A stretch of 64,000 bases of DNA from an uncultured Chloroflexia bacterium (GCA_963724295.1 CAVRUC010000006.1:54096-118095); one strand, 5' to 3'. Shown: positions 10,111 through 21,095, numbered from the stretch's first letter. Notes: a model not told the origin generated them from the letters alone. Translations and numbers: made by a program.

Positions 10111-12421
10111 TCAGCTGCCGAGGGCCGCTAGAACGCGATCCGGAGTGAAGGGCACGGTCCGCAGGCGCACTCCGGTCGCGTCGAAGATGGCATTGCCAAT
10201 CGCCGCCGCTACCGGGCAGATCGCGGGTTCGCCCGCGCCCCATGGCGGTTCCTCCGGCCGGTTGATGAGCGCGAGCTCGATCGTCGGGACCTCGGCGAAG
10301 GTCAGAATGGGGTAGGTCGCCCAATTCAGGCTCGTCACCTGGGTCTGATCGAAGCTCACTTCCTCCTTCAACGCTCGGCTGATGCCCTGGACGACGTTGC
10401 CCTCGATTTGGTTCTCCAGCCCGTCGGGGTTGATGATCAACCCGCAATCATGGGCGGCCACGACCCTCGTGACGCGCACAGCACCACAGCCGAGATCGAC
10501 CGTCACCTCGGCGACGACAGCGACGTAGGTGTACTCGGACTCGTACCGCGCGAAGGCAATGCCGCGCCCATGCGCAGGGGCTCCAGCCGTCACAGTTCGC
10601 CCAGATCCGATTGGTCCTGACGGTCGCGCCCGCCACCCAGCGGCCTGCGCCGCACAGCGGATCACCGCAATCGCCCGCGGGTCGGTTAGGTGGCGAAGGC
10701 GAAACGCGACCGGGTCAGCGCCGGCCGCGGCCGCTAGCTCATCGACAAAAATCTCGATGGCCGTCGTGTTCGCCATCCCGCCAAGACTACGCAGACTGCC
10801 CGGGCGGAGTGGCGGCGTTTCGATCCAGTGCGTCGTGATTCGGTGATGGGGAAACGCGTAATTCTGAATCGCATTTCGGTCGCCACCGACCCACCGAACG
10901 GGCGGCTTTGGCCAGGGTGGATCGACGAGCTCGCCGGCAAGGAGTCGACTTGGCTCACCACCCGGTCGGGTGCCATGCGTTGGCGTCCAGACGTTGTAGT
11001 CCCAGGCGATGACCCGACCCGTGGGATCGAGGCCGGCGCGCACGCGAGAGAGCATGGCTGGCCCCTTGGGCTCCCAGGCGAACTCGTCAGCGCGGCCCCA
11101 TTGAACGCGAACCGGGCGTCCGACCGCTTGCGAGAGGAGGGCGGCATCGGCGCTGACGTCGTCGGCGCCGTTGTGGCCGTAGCATCCCGCTCCCTCTCGG
11201 TGGATGACGCGGACGTGCCCTACGTCCAGTCCAAGCAGTGGAGCAAGCGCCGCCCGAAGCGCAAACACGTTTTGCGAGCTCGCATAGATGGTCGCACCAT
11301 CCGGCCGGACATCCGCGACCGCGCACGAGGGGCCCAGCGACGCATGCGCCTGTGAGGGGAACGCATATGTCGCCGCCAAGATCTGCTTCGCTCGGCCGAA
11401 GGCTCCGTCGACGTCTCCCTCGCAGGCCGCGTTCACCGTCTCCTGTGGCATCTGCGGCATGAGCGCGTGAAGCTGCTGTTGATCGGGCAAGGGGGCCGGC
11501 GCCGACCACGTCACGCGCAATTGTTCGGCGGCGCGAATCGCCTGTTCTTCGCGCTCAGCTACGACCCCGACGAAACTCCCGTTGCGGACGATCGCCACCA
11601 ACCCAGGCATCCCGCGCACCGCGCGGTCGTCAATGTGCAACACGGTCGCGCCACCGACGCCGTTCATGGTCCGCACAAATGGTCTGAGTACGCGGCCGTG
11701 CAGCATCCCATCGAGCCGGAGATCGTGGATGAAGCTTTCGCCGCCCGTGAGCTTGGCGAAGAGATCGGTCCGGGAGATGGACTTCCCGACGATGGTGGAT
11801 TGAGAGGGCCGCGTCCGCAGCGCCTGTCCGGTCGCTTGCTGACCGAAGGGCGCGGCGGCCAATTCGCGCGTACGTTATCGACCGGACCGGATCGCCTCGG
11901 ACGCTGACGACTCCGTCTCGCGTCTGCAGTTCGTCAACCGGCACGCCGTACCGCGCGGCGGCGCGCGCAAGGAGGATATTTCGAGCCTCGGCCGCGATTC
12001 GCTGGAGCCGGGTCCCGGCGTGCTGGAGCGTCTTGCTCCCGGTCGTTCCACCCTCGTCGGGGGTCAGCTCGGTGTCGCCCATCACCAAGGTGACGCGCTC
12101 GAACGGCACATCGAGCGCTTCGGCGACGATCTGGGCTAGCGCTGTTCGCACTCCGGTCCCGAGCTCGACCTTGCCTGAGTAGACCGTCACGAGGCCATCG
12201 GCGTCGATCTCGAGCCAGTTATCGATGGAGTTTTCGGAGTCGTCAGCGTCCAGATCGGCCATGGAGTGCGCGTCGCCGATAGTTCGGGCGCGTGCCGGCA
12301 GGACTGTCGCCGCGTGCGCGAGGAGCCTGTCTCCGCTGGTGACCACACCGTCGCCGCGCTCGCCCTGCGGCCCGCTCGGGGTCTGTGACATTTGCCGGCG
12401 TGCGCCGCCCCGTGATGCCAT
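10111..12421 (-). CDS. Xanthine dehydrogenase-family molybdopterin-binding subunit (IorB/NicB-like), frameshift ~11870
   Basis: GKVELGTG, GGTTGS, AHASLGP, GAGCYG, LRSLG, DCGLIINPDG, GAGEP motifs across ORFs 11630-12499 and 10111-11862. Confidence 0.88.
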
Positions 12422-12921
12422 CACGCCGACTCCCTGGTTGAACCGCTCAGCTCGGCCGCTCGTTGGACGGCACGCACGATCCGCACATGGGCGCCGCACC
12501 GGCAGAGGCAGTCGTTGAGCGCTGCCCGGATGTCGGACTCCGTCGGCCGGCTGTTCTGCTCAAGGAGATGAGCCGCCGTCATGATGATGCCGGGGATGCA
12601 GTAGCCGCATTGGGCCGCCTGCTCGTCCAAGAACGCTTGCTGCAGGGGATGGAGGTTGTCGGGTGTTCCGAGACCTTCCAGGGTGACGACCTCACACCTC
12701 GCGACTTCGCACACGGGCAGTTCGCACGACCGCACTGGCTCGCCATCGACGTGGACCGTGCAGGCGCCGCAGCGGGACAAGCCGCAGCCAAACCGAACCG
12801 AGTTGAGATTCAACTCATTTCGCAGGACGTAGAGGAGTGGGGTGTCGGGTGACGCCGCAACGGGGTGCGGACGTCCATTCACCGAGATATCAAGGGGACT
12901 GTTTCGCGCGCCGGCCACCAT
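12421..12921 (-). CDS. (2Fe-2S)-binding subunit of the Mo-hydroxylase (IorA/CoxS-like)
   Basis: GCGLSRCGACTV, QCGYCIPG, CLCRCG cluster motifs; stop overlaps the large-subunit start. Confidence 0.93.
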   Translation of the reverse strand: MVAGARNSPLDISVNGRPHPVAASPDTPLLYVLRNELNLNSVRFGCGLSRCGACTVHVDGEPVRSCELPVCEVARCEVVTLEGLGTPDNLHPLQQAFLDEQAAQCGYCIPGIIMTAAHLLEQNSRPTESDIRAALNDCLCRCGAHVRIVRAVQRAAELSGSTRESA

Positions 12922-12989
12922 GCCTCGTAGCTTACTAGGCCGTGAGTGGAGCGGATGGCCAAGGATCCCACCCGTCACACGGATGCTGA

Positions 12990-14000
12990 TCAGTTCGGCA
13001 CGGCCGCCGGCAGAAAATGGAATCGGACTGACGACGGCCGGCCATCTGATCCAATGTCATAGTCCGTGGGCACGGCCGCCTGCACCCATCCCTCATTGCC
13101 ATCCGGAAGCGCAATGCGATACCAGAGCCGGTATGCCTCAGCGCTCAACCCGGTTGAAGCCTCTTCGCCCGCATCGACGGCCAGTAGGGGGTAGCGATCT
13201 CCAGGGGTGAGGGTCAGATCTCCGACAAGTTCTGCATCGGCTGCATCGGAAGGCGCGGTCCAGAGCGGTGTGCTCGCGGGTGCTGCCTCGGAGACGACAG
13301 CCTCTGTTCCGTCCGGAATGCGTTCCGGCCAGGCGCGGCGAGCAATGACGTGGGTCGGGTTGCGCCAACCCATGACGGAGGGGTGCTCCGGTGCGTCGAG
13401 CGGCCAGTAGCCGGGACCGGGCGGGCAGTCGAGACCACAGGCGACGCCGTAGCGGGGCGCGTTGCCGTTGACCTCGGGTGTGGTGAAGAAGGTGCGTAGC
13501 TCGAAGTGGAGATGACTCGGCGCCAGACCGTCGGTGCGGGTGAGGATCGATCCCAGCAGCTGGCCGCGCGCGACGGATTGGCCCACCTCGACCGCGAGCG
13601 TGTAGTCGAGGTGCCCGTACATCGAGTAGAGGCCATCCGGATGCTGGATGATGACGACGAGGCCGGGGTACTCCGATCCGGCGAAGACGACATCGCCAGC
13701 AGCCGCGGCATAGACCCCCATCCCACCCGTCTCCCCCTCAGGGAGATACCAATCCTCGCCCGTGTGCAACCAGCCGGGGTTGTACCAGGTGTTCTCGGTG
13801 GCGTAGCCATGCCGCACGAGCAGCCTATCGCCCAGGGGACGGCCGGGGAAGCCCATCGGGTAGCTGTACGCCGGAGCGACCGCTTGTGGCTGCGCCCGCG
13901 TTGGACGGACGTGGCCGCCGGGAAGCAATCCGGCCGCGGCCATGAGGCGAATGAAGGTGCGGCGGGTGAAATGACACTGGAAGGGCGTGCTCAGGTGCAT
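12990..14000 (-). CDS. Tat-exported M23-family metallopeptidase with C-terminal SH3-like domain
   Basis: TRRTFI twin-Arg signal; HTGED, YGHL, HLHFE M23 motifs; C-terminal WYRI...GWV. Confidence 0.85.
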   Translation of the reverse strand: MHLSTPFQCHFTRRTFIRLMAAAGLLPGGHVRPTRAQPQAVAPAYSYPMGFPGRPLGDRLLVRHGYATENTWYNPGWLHTGEDWYLPEGETGGMGVYAAAAGDVVFAGSEYPGLVVIIQHPDGLYSMYGHLDYTLAVEVGQSVARGQLLGSILTRTDGLAPSHLHFELRTFFTTPEVNGNAPRYGVACGLDCPPGPGYWPLDAPEHPSVMGWRNPTHVIARRAWPERIPDGTEAVVSEAAPASTPLWTAPSDAADAELVGDLTLTPGDRYPLLAVDAGEEASTGLSAEAYRLWYRIALPDGNEGWVQAAVPTDYDIGSDGRPSSVRFHFLPAAVPN

Positions 14001-14260
14001 GCGAATCGAACCTCGATGTCGATTTCCCAAATCAATGATCTGCCGCGACGGCGACCGGAGACCATGCGTGCCTGCCGCTGGAGAGAGCATGGTTCACCGG
14101 CGGAACGGTGACGCGGTCGAAGGCGTCTTGATCCTTGAAGGGGAGCGCCAGGTGGATGCCCGGGCCGATTTCGCCGCCCGAGTTCCGCGTAGCGTACAGT
14201 TTGAGCGAAACACACCTCCCGATCACTAGCCGCGCCTGTGCCGGCCGGAGGAAACCAACT

Positions 14261-15007
14261 ATGCCGCGCCGCGTCATTGACTTGCAGGCGCTTGTCGTCC
14301 TCACGCTGCTCATGACAGTCGCTTCGCCAGCAGGCGCGGCCGCCGTCGTGACGGTCTCCACGCCACTCATCGACGCCCAGCCGCGATTCCAGGACGAAGG
14401 CGTCGTCGACGAGCAAATTGCCGAGGACGAGTTCTCGTCGTTCACGATGCCGGGTCTCGTCCCGGATACCATGACCGAGACGGTCCTTGCCGATATCGAC
14501 GCGTTCTGGGCCGGGGAGCTGGCGAATCTCGGTCACGACTACTACTCGGCGGGAATGGTCCCGGTCACCGACGTCGTGCAATCAAGCTGCGGACAATTCG
14601 GCCCATACGACAACCCCGCGGCCTACTGCCCGGTGGATGACACCGTCTACTACTCTGTCCCACTCGGGCAGGAGATCCAGACCACCGTCGGCGATTACGC
14701 CTGGATCACGGTCCTGGCCCACGAGTGGGGCCACCACGTGCAGGTCGTGCTCGGTATCGAGCCGGAGCTGACGATCGACCGGGAGCTGCAGGCCGACTGC
14801 TTCTCCGGCGCTTACGCGCAGCGGGCGCTGCAGCAGGGTTTTCTGCAAGAAGGTGACATCTCCGAGGCCGTCATGATGGCCATTTTCAGCGGGGATCCGG
14901 TCGAGATGGATGAGATGGCCGATGGCGCCCATGGCTCCGGCGACTACCGCGTGACCTCCTTCATGGAGGGATATTTCAACGGGTCCGCCGCCTGCCTGGC
15001 GTATTGA
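14261..15007 (+). CDS. Secreted neutral zinc metallopeptidase (YpfJ-like)
   Basis: Signal peptide; AYCPVD, LAHEWGHHVQ, ELQADCFSG, HGS; GGAGG RBS. Confidence 0.9.
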   Translation: MPRRVIDLQALVVLTLLMTVASPAGAAAVVTVSTPLIDAQPRFQDEGVVDEQIAEDEFSSFTMPGLVPDTMTETVLADIDAFWAGELANLGHDYYSAGMVPVTDVVQSSCGQFGPYDNPAAYCPVDDTVYYSVPLGQEIQTTVGDYAWITVLAHEWGHHVQVVLGIEPELTIDRELQADCFSGAYAQRALQQGFLQEGDISEAVMMAIFSGDPVEMDEMADGAHGSGDYRVTSFMEGYFNGSAACLAY

Positions 15008-15160
15008 CGATGGGTGATGGGGTGTTGGGTGATGACTCGCTTCGCGCCTGCGGACGCAAGTGGTGATGGGGTAGTTGTTCGCTGCGCTCACGGTGGCGGG
15101 ATGGCGGGAGTCGTCCTTCCTGCAACCCCGCCACCCTGCCACCCTGCCACCCACCACCTA
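15008..15160. repeat. Intergenic tract of short 7-8-mer repeats with mini-hairpins
   Basis: GGGTGAT-type units, TCGCTTCGC/TCGCTGCGC, (GCCACCCT)n; similar tract at 15805-15970. Confidence 0.7.
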
Positions 15161-15807
15161 TGACCCATGACCTATCCCCCGCAATCATCGAGCAAGACGG
15201 CGCGATCGCCGTCGTCCGCCTGAACGATCTCTCCAAAGCGGTGCCGCTGACCGAGGCGCTGGTGGCCGGCGGGGTGCGGGCGGTGGAGTTCACCTTCACC
15301 AACCCGACCGCCGGGGAGGCCATCGCGGCGGCGTCTGCCGCCCTCGGTCCGCGCGCGCTGATCGGCGCGGGGAGCGTCCTCGACGCGGAGACGGCGCGGG
15401 TGGCGATTCTGGCCGGCGCGAGATTCGTCGTCACGCCAACGGTCTCCGCGGCAACGATCGAGCTGTGCAACCGCTACGGCGTGGCGACGACCATCGGCGC
15501 GCTGACGCCGACGGAGATGCTCACTGCCTGGCAGGCAGGCGCCACCTACGTGAAAGTCTTCCCGGCCAACCTCGGTGGGCCGCGTTACCTGCGTGACGTG
15601 CTAGGCCCCCTGCCGCAGCTGAAGCTGATCCCGACCGGTGGCGTCGACGTCGACAATGCCGGGGAATTCATCCGCGCCGGGGCCGTAGCGGTCGCGTTGG
15701 GCAGCAATCTCGTCGACGCCCGCTCCGTAGCGACGGAAGACTGGGAAACGATCACCGCCCGCGCCCAGGCGATCGTCGATGCGGTGGCCCGGGCGCGGCG
15801 AGGGTGA
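15160..15807 (+). CDS. eda: KDPG/KHG aldolase
   Basis: AVEFTF, IGAGSV, GARFVVTP, GALTPTE, VKVFPA, PTGGV. Confidence 0.92.
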   Translation: MTHDLSPAIIEQDGAIAVVRLNDLSKAVPLTEALVAGGVRAVEFTFTNPTAGEAIAAASAALGPRALIGAGSVLDAETARVAILAGARFVVTPTVSAATIELCNRYGVATTIGALTPTEMLTAWQAGATYVKVFPANLGGPRYLRDVLGPLPQLKLIPTGGVDVDNAGEFIRAGAVAVALGSNLVDARSVATEDWETITARAQAIVDAVARARRG

Positions 15808-16293
15808 TGGGTGTGGGTCGCTGCGGTCGCAGTGATGGTTCGCTGCGCTCACGGTGATAGGGTGATTACTCGCTGCGCTCGTGGTGGCAGGGTGGCGGGG
15901 ATTGGGTCATCGTTCTCCCTGCCACCCTGCCACCCTGTGACCCCGCCACCCTCGTCCTCCCATCACCCGTCCCCCGAAACCAACGCAGGCCCATATGCGT
16001 CAGAACAGACGAGCGGCGGAGGCCCCCCAACCACGCCGCTCGAGATGCCCAACCCATACCCAATCTTCCCGCACGCGCCCGGCCGAGAGGCCGGGTTCGT
16101 GTGTGGACGGAGTCGGGAGTCGGGGGTCGGAAGTCGGAAGTAGACGGCTAGACGGCGCGTCGCCCACATGCGCCAATCGCCGCCAATGGCCGACAGGTTG
16201 CCAGGCCCGTCCGAGACCGTGCAGGGGGCTTGTCTTCTGCCTTCACCCCCTGAGCGAAGCGACACCCCCTGAGCCGAAGGCGACTCCCCCTCA
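15805..16293. repeat. Composite intergenic repeat region between eda and the FkbM gene
   Basis: TCGCTGCG(C/G)TC x3; inverted GGTGGCAGGG/CCCTGCCACC; GAGTCGG-like x4 near 16110; CCCCCTGAGCGAAGCGA and CCCCCTGAGCCGAAGGCGA units at 16246-16293. Confidence 0.7.
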
Positions 16294-17116
16294 GCGCATT
16301 GGCACCCGGCGGCGGAGCCGCTGCCATGCGCTGAGGCGTTCGGCGCGCACCGTCAGCCAGTAGGGCTCGTCTTCCTGAATGGCGGAGAGGGTCGACTTCC
16401 TCGCCGAACTGGCGCACCTCCGGGGTGAATCCCGCCGCGCGCAGGATCTCCGTCAGGCGGGAGATGGAGTTGCCGGGGTTGCGCCGGGTGCCGTGGAACT
16501 CCAGGATCACCCGCCGCACCGGGGAGAGATGCGATGCGGCTTCTTCCAGCACCGCCGTCTCCAGTCCTTCGATGTCGAGCTTGAGGAGATCGATCGGTTC
16601 GGTGAGGAGGGACGAGAGTGTGACGGCAGGCACGTCGACGACCGCGGTTTCCTCTCCCTCGTGCCAGGGCTGCTGAATCGCCGAGTCGCCCCAGGCGCCG
16701 GGCTCCTCATCACTTTCGCTCGTGAAGAAGGGGATCGTTCCCGCTTCCGGGGCCAGGGCGGCGTGGATCGCTCGCACGTCTTCGAGACCGTTATGGGAGA
16801 TGTTCTTGCGCAGCAGGGCGAAGGTGACCGGGTTTGCCTCCAGAGCCAGCACGCGGGCGTGAGGGAAGCGATGCTTGAAATAGTGGGTGGCCACGCCGAC
16901 GTGCGCGCCGGCATCGATGATCAGCGGCGCGCGACGGCGGGTGTCGAACACGTACTCGTGACTGTCGAAGACGTCATGGCAGATGCGCTCGAACTCTTCG
17001 CGGTTGCGGCAGAAGAACCGGTATCCCCCGCAGGCGAGGACCGTTCGCCCCTCGGCGGCGTCGCTCACGATCTGACTATCTCGCACGGCGCGGCATCCGC
17101 TTGCCTGCTGGTCCAT
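16291..17116 (-). CDS. FkbM-family SAM-dependent methyltransferase (frameshift ~16385)
   Basis: IIDAGAHVG, ALEANP, LLKLDIEGLE, ILEFH; shifted frame SAIQEDEPYWLTVRAER ends at TGA 16293-16291. Confidence 0.85.
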
Positions 17117-17169
17117 TCACCACGTCGCCCCCAGTCGTGACCGGCCTGTCGCGGCGGGAAGGGTAGCAG

Positions 17170-17437
17170 CGAGTCGCCTTCGGCTCGGGGGGTGTCGCTG
17201 CGCTGAGGGGGTGCCGGCGGTTCCACCGCCTCAGGGGGTGCCGGTCGCTGCGCTCCCTCAGGGGGTGTTGGTCGCTTCGCTCCCGCAGGGGGGTAGGAGA
17301 CTGACGAACTTCCTGAACTTCTGGGGTACTAGCGTACCGACTGACCGCTCGCCGTCTCGCCGTCTCGCCGTCTCGGCATAGCGGGCGAAGGTGAGTCTCG
17401 CGAGAATAGACTGATAGCCGATAGCCGATAGCCGAAC
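17170..17437. repeat. Intergenic repeat tract: G5-spaced hairpin units plus (CTCGCCGT)n and (TAGCCGA)n
   Basis: GTCGCCTTCGGCTC-GGGGGGTG-TCGCTGCGCT-GAGGGGGTG units matching the 5690 element in reverse; CTCGCCGT x3; TAGCCGA x3. Confidence 0.7.
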
Positions 17438-17439
17438 GC

Positions 17440-18030
17440 TTGGAGAGGATGACGACGCCCATGGGCGATTCATTTCCGGGATCGCTCCCCGGACACATGC
17501 AGCTCACCGACTTCGATATCTCCCTCGAGCCCGGAACCGCCCAGCATCCGATACGGCCGGTCGTGCAGGGGCTGCGCCTGCGCGTCTCCCCGCGAGGGCT
17601 GCAGGCGCTGATGCAAACGCTCGTCGACGAGGCGGACCGGCGGGCTCCGGTCGGGATCAAGCTCAAGGGCGTTCAGGTCGGCCCGCAAGGGATCGAGCTG
17701 TTGGCGCGGATGACCAAGAGCATCTTCAGCAGCGATCTCTCGACGCGGCTCGTCCTCTCCGCGCCGGGTGGGAACGAGCTGCGGGTGGAGCTGGCCGACA
17801 CCAACATGCCGGCCTGGGTTCCACTCGACATGCTGCTCGATGAGGCAGCCAGGCGCGGTGGAGACGGCGTGCGTCGTGACCCCGGGAACCGAAGCGCGCT
17901 GCTGCTCGATCCGGCGGCATTGCTGGCACGCGCCGGTGTGCCGGGTCGCTTCGCGCCGGGACGCTGGGATGTGGCGACGAGTGGCGATGGGCTCGTGCTG
18001 ACCTTCCGCGAGAGCGCCGGCGGCGCATGA
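17440..18030 (+). CDS. Hypothetical protein
   Basis: Open frame with gene-like codon usage; stop overlaps the MFS start (ATGA). Confidence 0.7.
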   Translation: MERMTTPMGDSFPGSLPGHMQLTDFDISLEPGTAQHPIRPVVQGLRLRVSPRGLQALMQTLVDEADRRAPVGIKLKGVQVGPQGIELLARMTKSIFSSDLSTRLVLSAPGGNELRVELADTNMPAWVPLDMLLDEAARRGGDGVRRDPGNRSALLLDPAALLARAGVPGRFAPGRWDVATSGDGLVLTFRESAGGA

Positions 18031-19289
18031 TCCGCGCCGTGCGGCGCCCGCGCCGCAAGTATTACGGCTGGACGATCGTCTGGACGCTCGCCGTTACCGA
18101 GACGGTCTCCTGGGGCATTCTCTACTACGCCTTCGCCGTCTTCCTCGTCCCCATGCAGACCGAGCTCGGCTGGTCGACGCCACAGATCACCGGGGCCTAC
18201 TCGCTCGCGCTCGTCGTGACCATGTTCCTCTCGCCACCGCTCGGTCATTGGCTCGACCGCTCGGGTCCCCGGGTGCCAATGACGCTCGGCTCGGTGTTGG
18301 GGACAGCGCTGCTCGTGGCCTGGTCGCGGGTGGAGAGCCTGACGGGGTTCTACCTCATCTGGGCCGGAATCGGGGTGGCGCTTGCGCTCACGCTCTACGA
18401 GCCCGCGTTCGCCGCGGCCTCGACCTGGTTCGTGCGGGGTCGATCCCGCGCGCTGCTGATATTGACGACCGTGGCCGGACTCGCCAGCACGATCTTTCTT
18501 CCAGTTGCGGGGTGGCTGATCGAGCGCCTCGGCTGGCGGGACGCGCTTCTCGTGCTGGCCATTATCCTGGGTGTGACCACGATTCCCGCGCATGCACTGG
18601 TGCTGCGGCGGCGGCCGGAAGACCTCGGTCTCCTTCCGGACGGCGAGCTCGCCGAATCTGACCAGCCAGCACTGCCCCCACAGGGCGTGGCGCTCTCCCG
18701 CGCGCTCCGTGACCCGGCGTACTGGTGGTTCAATAGCGCCTTTTTTCTGGGGATGACCGCCGCGGTGGCGATCGGGGTCTACCTCATCCCGATCCTGCTG
18801 GAGCGAGGGGAGTCGCTGGCCCGCGCCACCTTCATTACCGGTCTGATTGGCGCGGCGCAGGTGGGAGGTCGGGTGGCGATCACCGCGCTCGACCGGCGGG
18901 TGCCGGAGGCGGCAATGGGGGTGGCGGTCTTCGCCTTGCAGGCGATCGCGCTGGCGGTGATCCTCGTCACGTCCGGCCTGGCATTGACGCTGCTGGCGGT
19001 GGCGTTGCTCGGCGCGGGACGAGGCGGGGTGACCCTGATGCGCGCCACGCTCGTCGCCGACCGCTACGGCCGCGCCAACTTCGCCGCGATCAGCGGCATC
19101 CCGGCGGCGGCGCAGATGGCCGCCCGCGCCGTGGCTCCGGTCGGAGCTGGTCTGCTCATCACCTGGCTCGGCGGCTACACGCCGATGCTCGCCGTGCTCA
19201 CCGTCATTGCTGTTGCCGCCACTCTGGCGATGGTCGTGTTTGCGCTGAATGCGCGGCCGATGCGCCTCGCGGTAGACAGCCAGACGTGA
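18027..19289 (+). CDS. MFS transporter
   Basis: About 12 hydrophobic segments; motif A GHWLDRSGPR; YYGW N-terminus. Confidence 0.92.
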   Translation: MIRAVRRPRRKYYGWTIVWTLAVTETVSWGILYYAFAVFLVPMQTELGWSTPQITGAYSLALVVTMFLSPPLGHWLDRSGPRVPMTLGSVLGTALLVAWSRVESLTGFYLIWAGIGVALALTLYEPAFAAASTWFVRGRSRALLILTTVAGLASTIFLPVAGWLIERLGWRDALLVLAIILGVTTIPAHALVLRRRPEDLGLLPDGELAESDQPALPPQGVALSRALRDPAYWWFNSAFFLGMTAAVAIGVYLIPILLERGESLARATFITGLIGAAQVGGRVAITALDRRVPEAAMGVAVFALQAIALAVILVTSGLALTLLAVALLGAGRGGVTLMRATLVADRYGRANFAAISGIPAAAQMAARAVAPVGAGLLITWLGGYTPMLAVLTVIAVAATLAMVVFALNARPMRLAVDSQT

Positions 19290-19363
19290 GTCGGTGAGTC
19301 GGTAAGTCGGTAAGTCGGTAAGGACGAGAATAAGCCGATAGCTGAAAGCCGATAGCCAGCGGC

Positions 19364-20812
19364 TCAGTGGTGATGCTGTGCCACGACGAGCGAGGCTCCG
19401 AGCTCGCGGATCACGTCGACGAGCAGATCGACGTCGGCCTCGGTCGAGCGATAGTTGACGATCGCGGGCCGGAAGGCGACCCGCCCGCCGTAGGTCGTCG
19501 TTCCGACATAGACCCGTCCGTCAGCGAGCACCGCCTCGCCCAGTCTGCGGTTGAGTGCATCCAGCTCATCTTCCGGAACGCCGGCAGGGCGGTACCGGAA
19601 GCAGACGACGTTGAGCTGCACGTCGGCAAGGCGCTCCAGATCGTCCGCCTCGTCAACGCGCCGCGCCACGCGCCTGGCCAGTCCCACGTGGCGTTCGACC
19701 ATCGCCTGGTAGCCACCCCGGCCATAGGCGCGAAGCGTCGCCCAGACCGCGAAGGCACGCGCCTTACGCGAGCTTTCCGGCGCCATCAGCGCGAAGTTCG
19801 GTTGCTCGACGCCACCGCCCACGTAGTACGCGGCGCTGGATCCGAACGCACCCCTGAGCAATCCTTCGTCTCGCACGAACGCGAATCCGCAGTCATGCGG
19901 CACGTTCAGCCACTTGTGGCCGTCACTGGCGGCCGAGTCGGCCTGATCAAGCCCGGCGACCAGCTCGCTGGTACTGGGGCTCAACCGGGCGAACAATCCA
20001 AAGGCGCCATCGACGTGGACCCACGCGTTGTGAGCACGGGCCAGGTCGACGATCTTCCCTAGCGGATCGAAGTCTCCGGCATTGGGCTCGCCGGCGGTGG
20101 CCACGATCACCGCCGGGGCGCCTTGCAGGGAGCCGAGCGCGGTCTCCAGCGCCTCGAGATCGAACCGGCCAACAGTGTCGCGAGTCAACGTCGTCACGCG
20201 CCGGCGGCCGACCCCGAGCATCCCCATGGCTTTCACCGAGCTGGCGTGGATGAGCCCGCTCCCGAACACCGGAAGGCACGGCAACCCTGTCCACCCATCC
20301 TCATCGATATCGACGTCGTGCTGCAGCGCCCACCATCGTCGCGCCGCCGCCAGCCCGACATAGTTGGCCATCGTGCCGCCGGTGACGAGCACTCCGCCCC
20401 ACGACGCCGGCAGAGCGAAGAGCTGCTTCAGCCAGTCGATGGCGACGACTTCCATCCCCGCGCCGAATGGCGAGGCGGCCCACATCCCCGTGTTCTGATC
20501 GAGCGCGGCCGTCAGCCACTCAGCTGCCAGCGCCGCCGGGGTTGCCCCGCCGACGACGAAATGGAAGAAGCGGCCGCCAGCCGAACCGATCGCGGCATCC
20601 ATCCCCGCATCGATCAGGTCCCGAACCGCCGCGAGTGTGCCTTCACCATCCTCAGGCAGCGCTCCTCCGAGAGTTGGGGCTACCAGCTCCGCGGACGGCG
20701 GCCGCACCGGCCGATCGGGGAGTGAGGCGACGTAGCGAACGGCGGCCCCATGAACCAGGTTGAGCGCCTCGTCGATGTCGCCAAGATGATGAATCGGGTC
20801 GGTCATGACCAT
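19364..20812 (-). CDS. Group II PLP-dependent amino-acid decarboxylase
   Basis: GGTMAN, HASS, WVHVDGAFG, DGHKWLNVP (PLP lysine), SRKARA. Confidence 0.92.
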   Translation of the reverse strand: MVMTDPIHHLGDIDEALNLVHGAAVRYVASLPDRPVRPPSAELVAPTLGGALPEDGEGTLAAVRDLIDAGMDAAIGSAGGRFFHFVVGGATPAALAAEWLTAALDQNTGMWAASPFGAGMEVVAIDWLKQLFALPASWGGVLVTGGTMANYVGLAAARRWWALQHDVDIDEDGWTGLPCLPVFGSGLIHASSVKAMGMLGVGRRRVTTLTRDTVGRFDLEALETALGSLQGAPAVIVATAGEPNAGDFDPLGKIVDLARAHNAWVHVDGAFGLFARLSPSTSELVAGLDQADSAASDGHKWLNVPHDCGFAFVRDEGLLRGAFGSSAAYYVGGGVEQPNFALMAPESSRKARAFAVWATLRAYGRGGYQAMVERHVGLARRVARRVDEADDLERLADVQLNVVCFRYRPAGVPEDELDALNRRLGEAVLADGRVYVGTTTYGGRVAFRPAIVNYRSTEADVDLLVDVIRELGASLVVAQHHH

Positions 20813-21095
20813 GCAACTCCGCACATAGCGGGCAAGAAGACGCGCAACGCCCGCGACGTCCCGTCAGAACAGCGGTCTGAAGAAACGGCTTGGGCAACGA
20901 CTCCGGCTGATTATCTCTTACTCGCGTAAAGGTAAAGGTCATCGTGAAGAACCGGCAGCCACTGGTGCAAATCATGCGTGCTGACCAGGGAATGGAACGC
21001 AGTGGTCTGTTCAAGGCACGGCAACGGCCGGAAACGATCGCCGCGGGTGGTTACCGCCCGCGGCGCCTGATGACTCACATGAGGGAGAGGATACG

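Noticed and set aside
15008..17437. CRISPR array
   Set aside because: Units are 7-20 nt, degenerate and lack regular unique spacers; no cas genes
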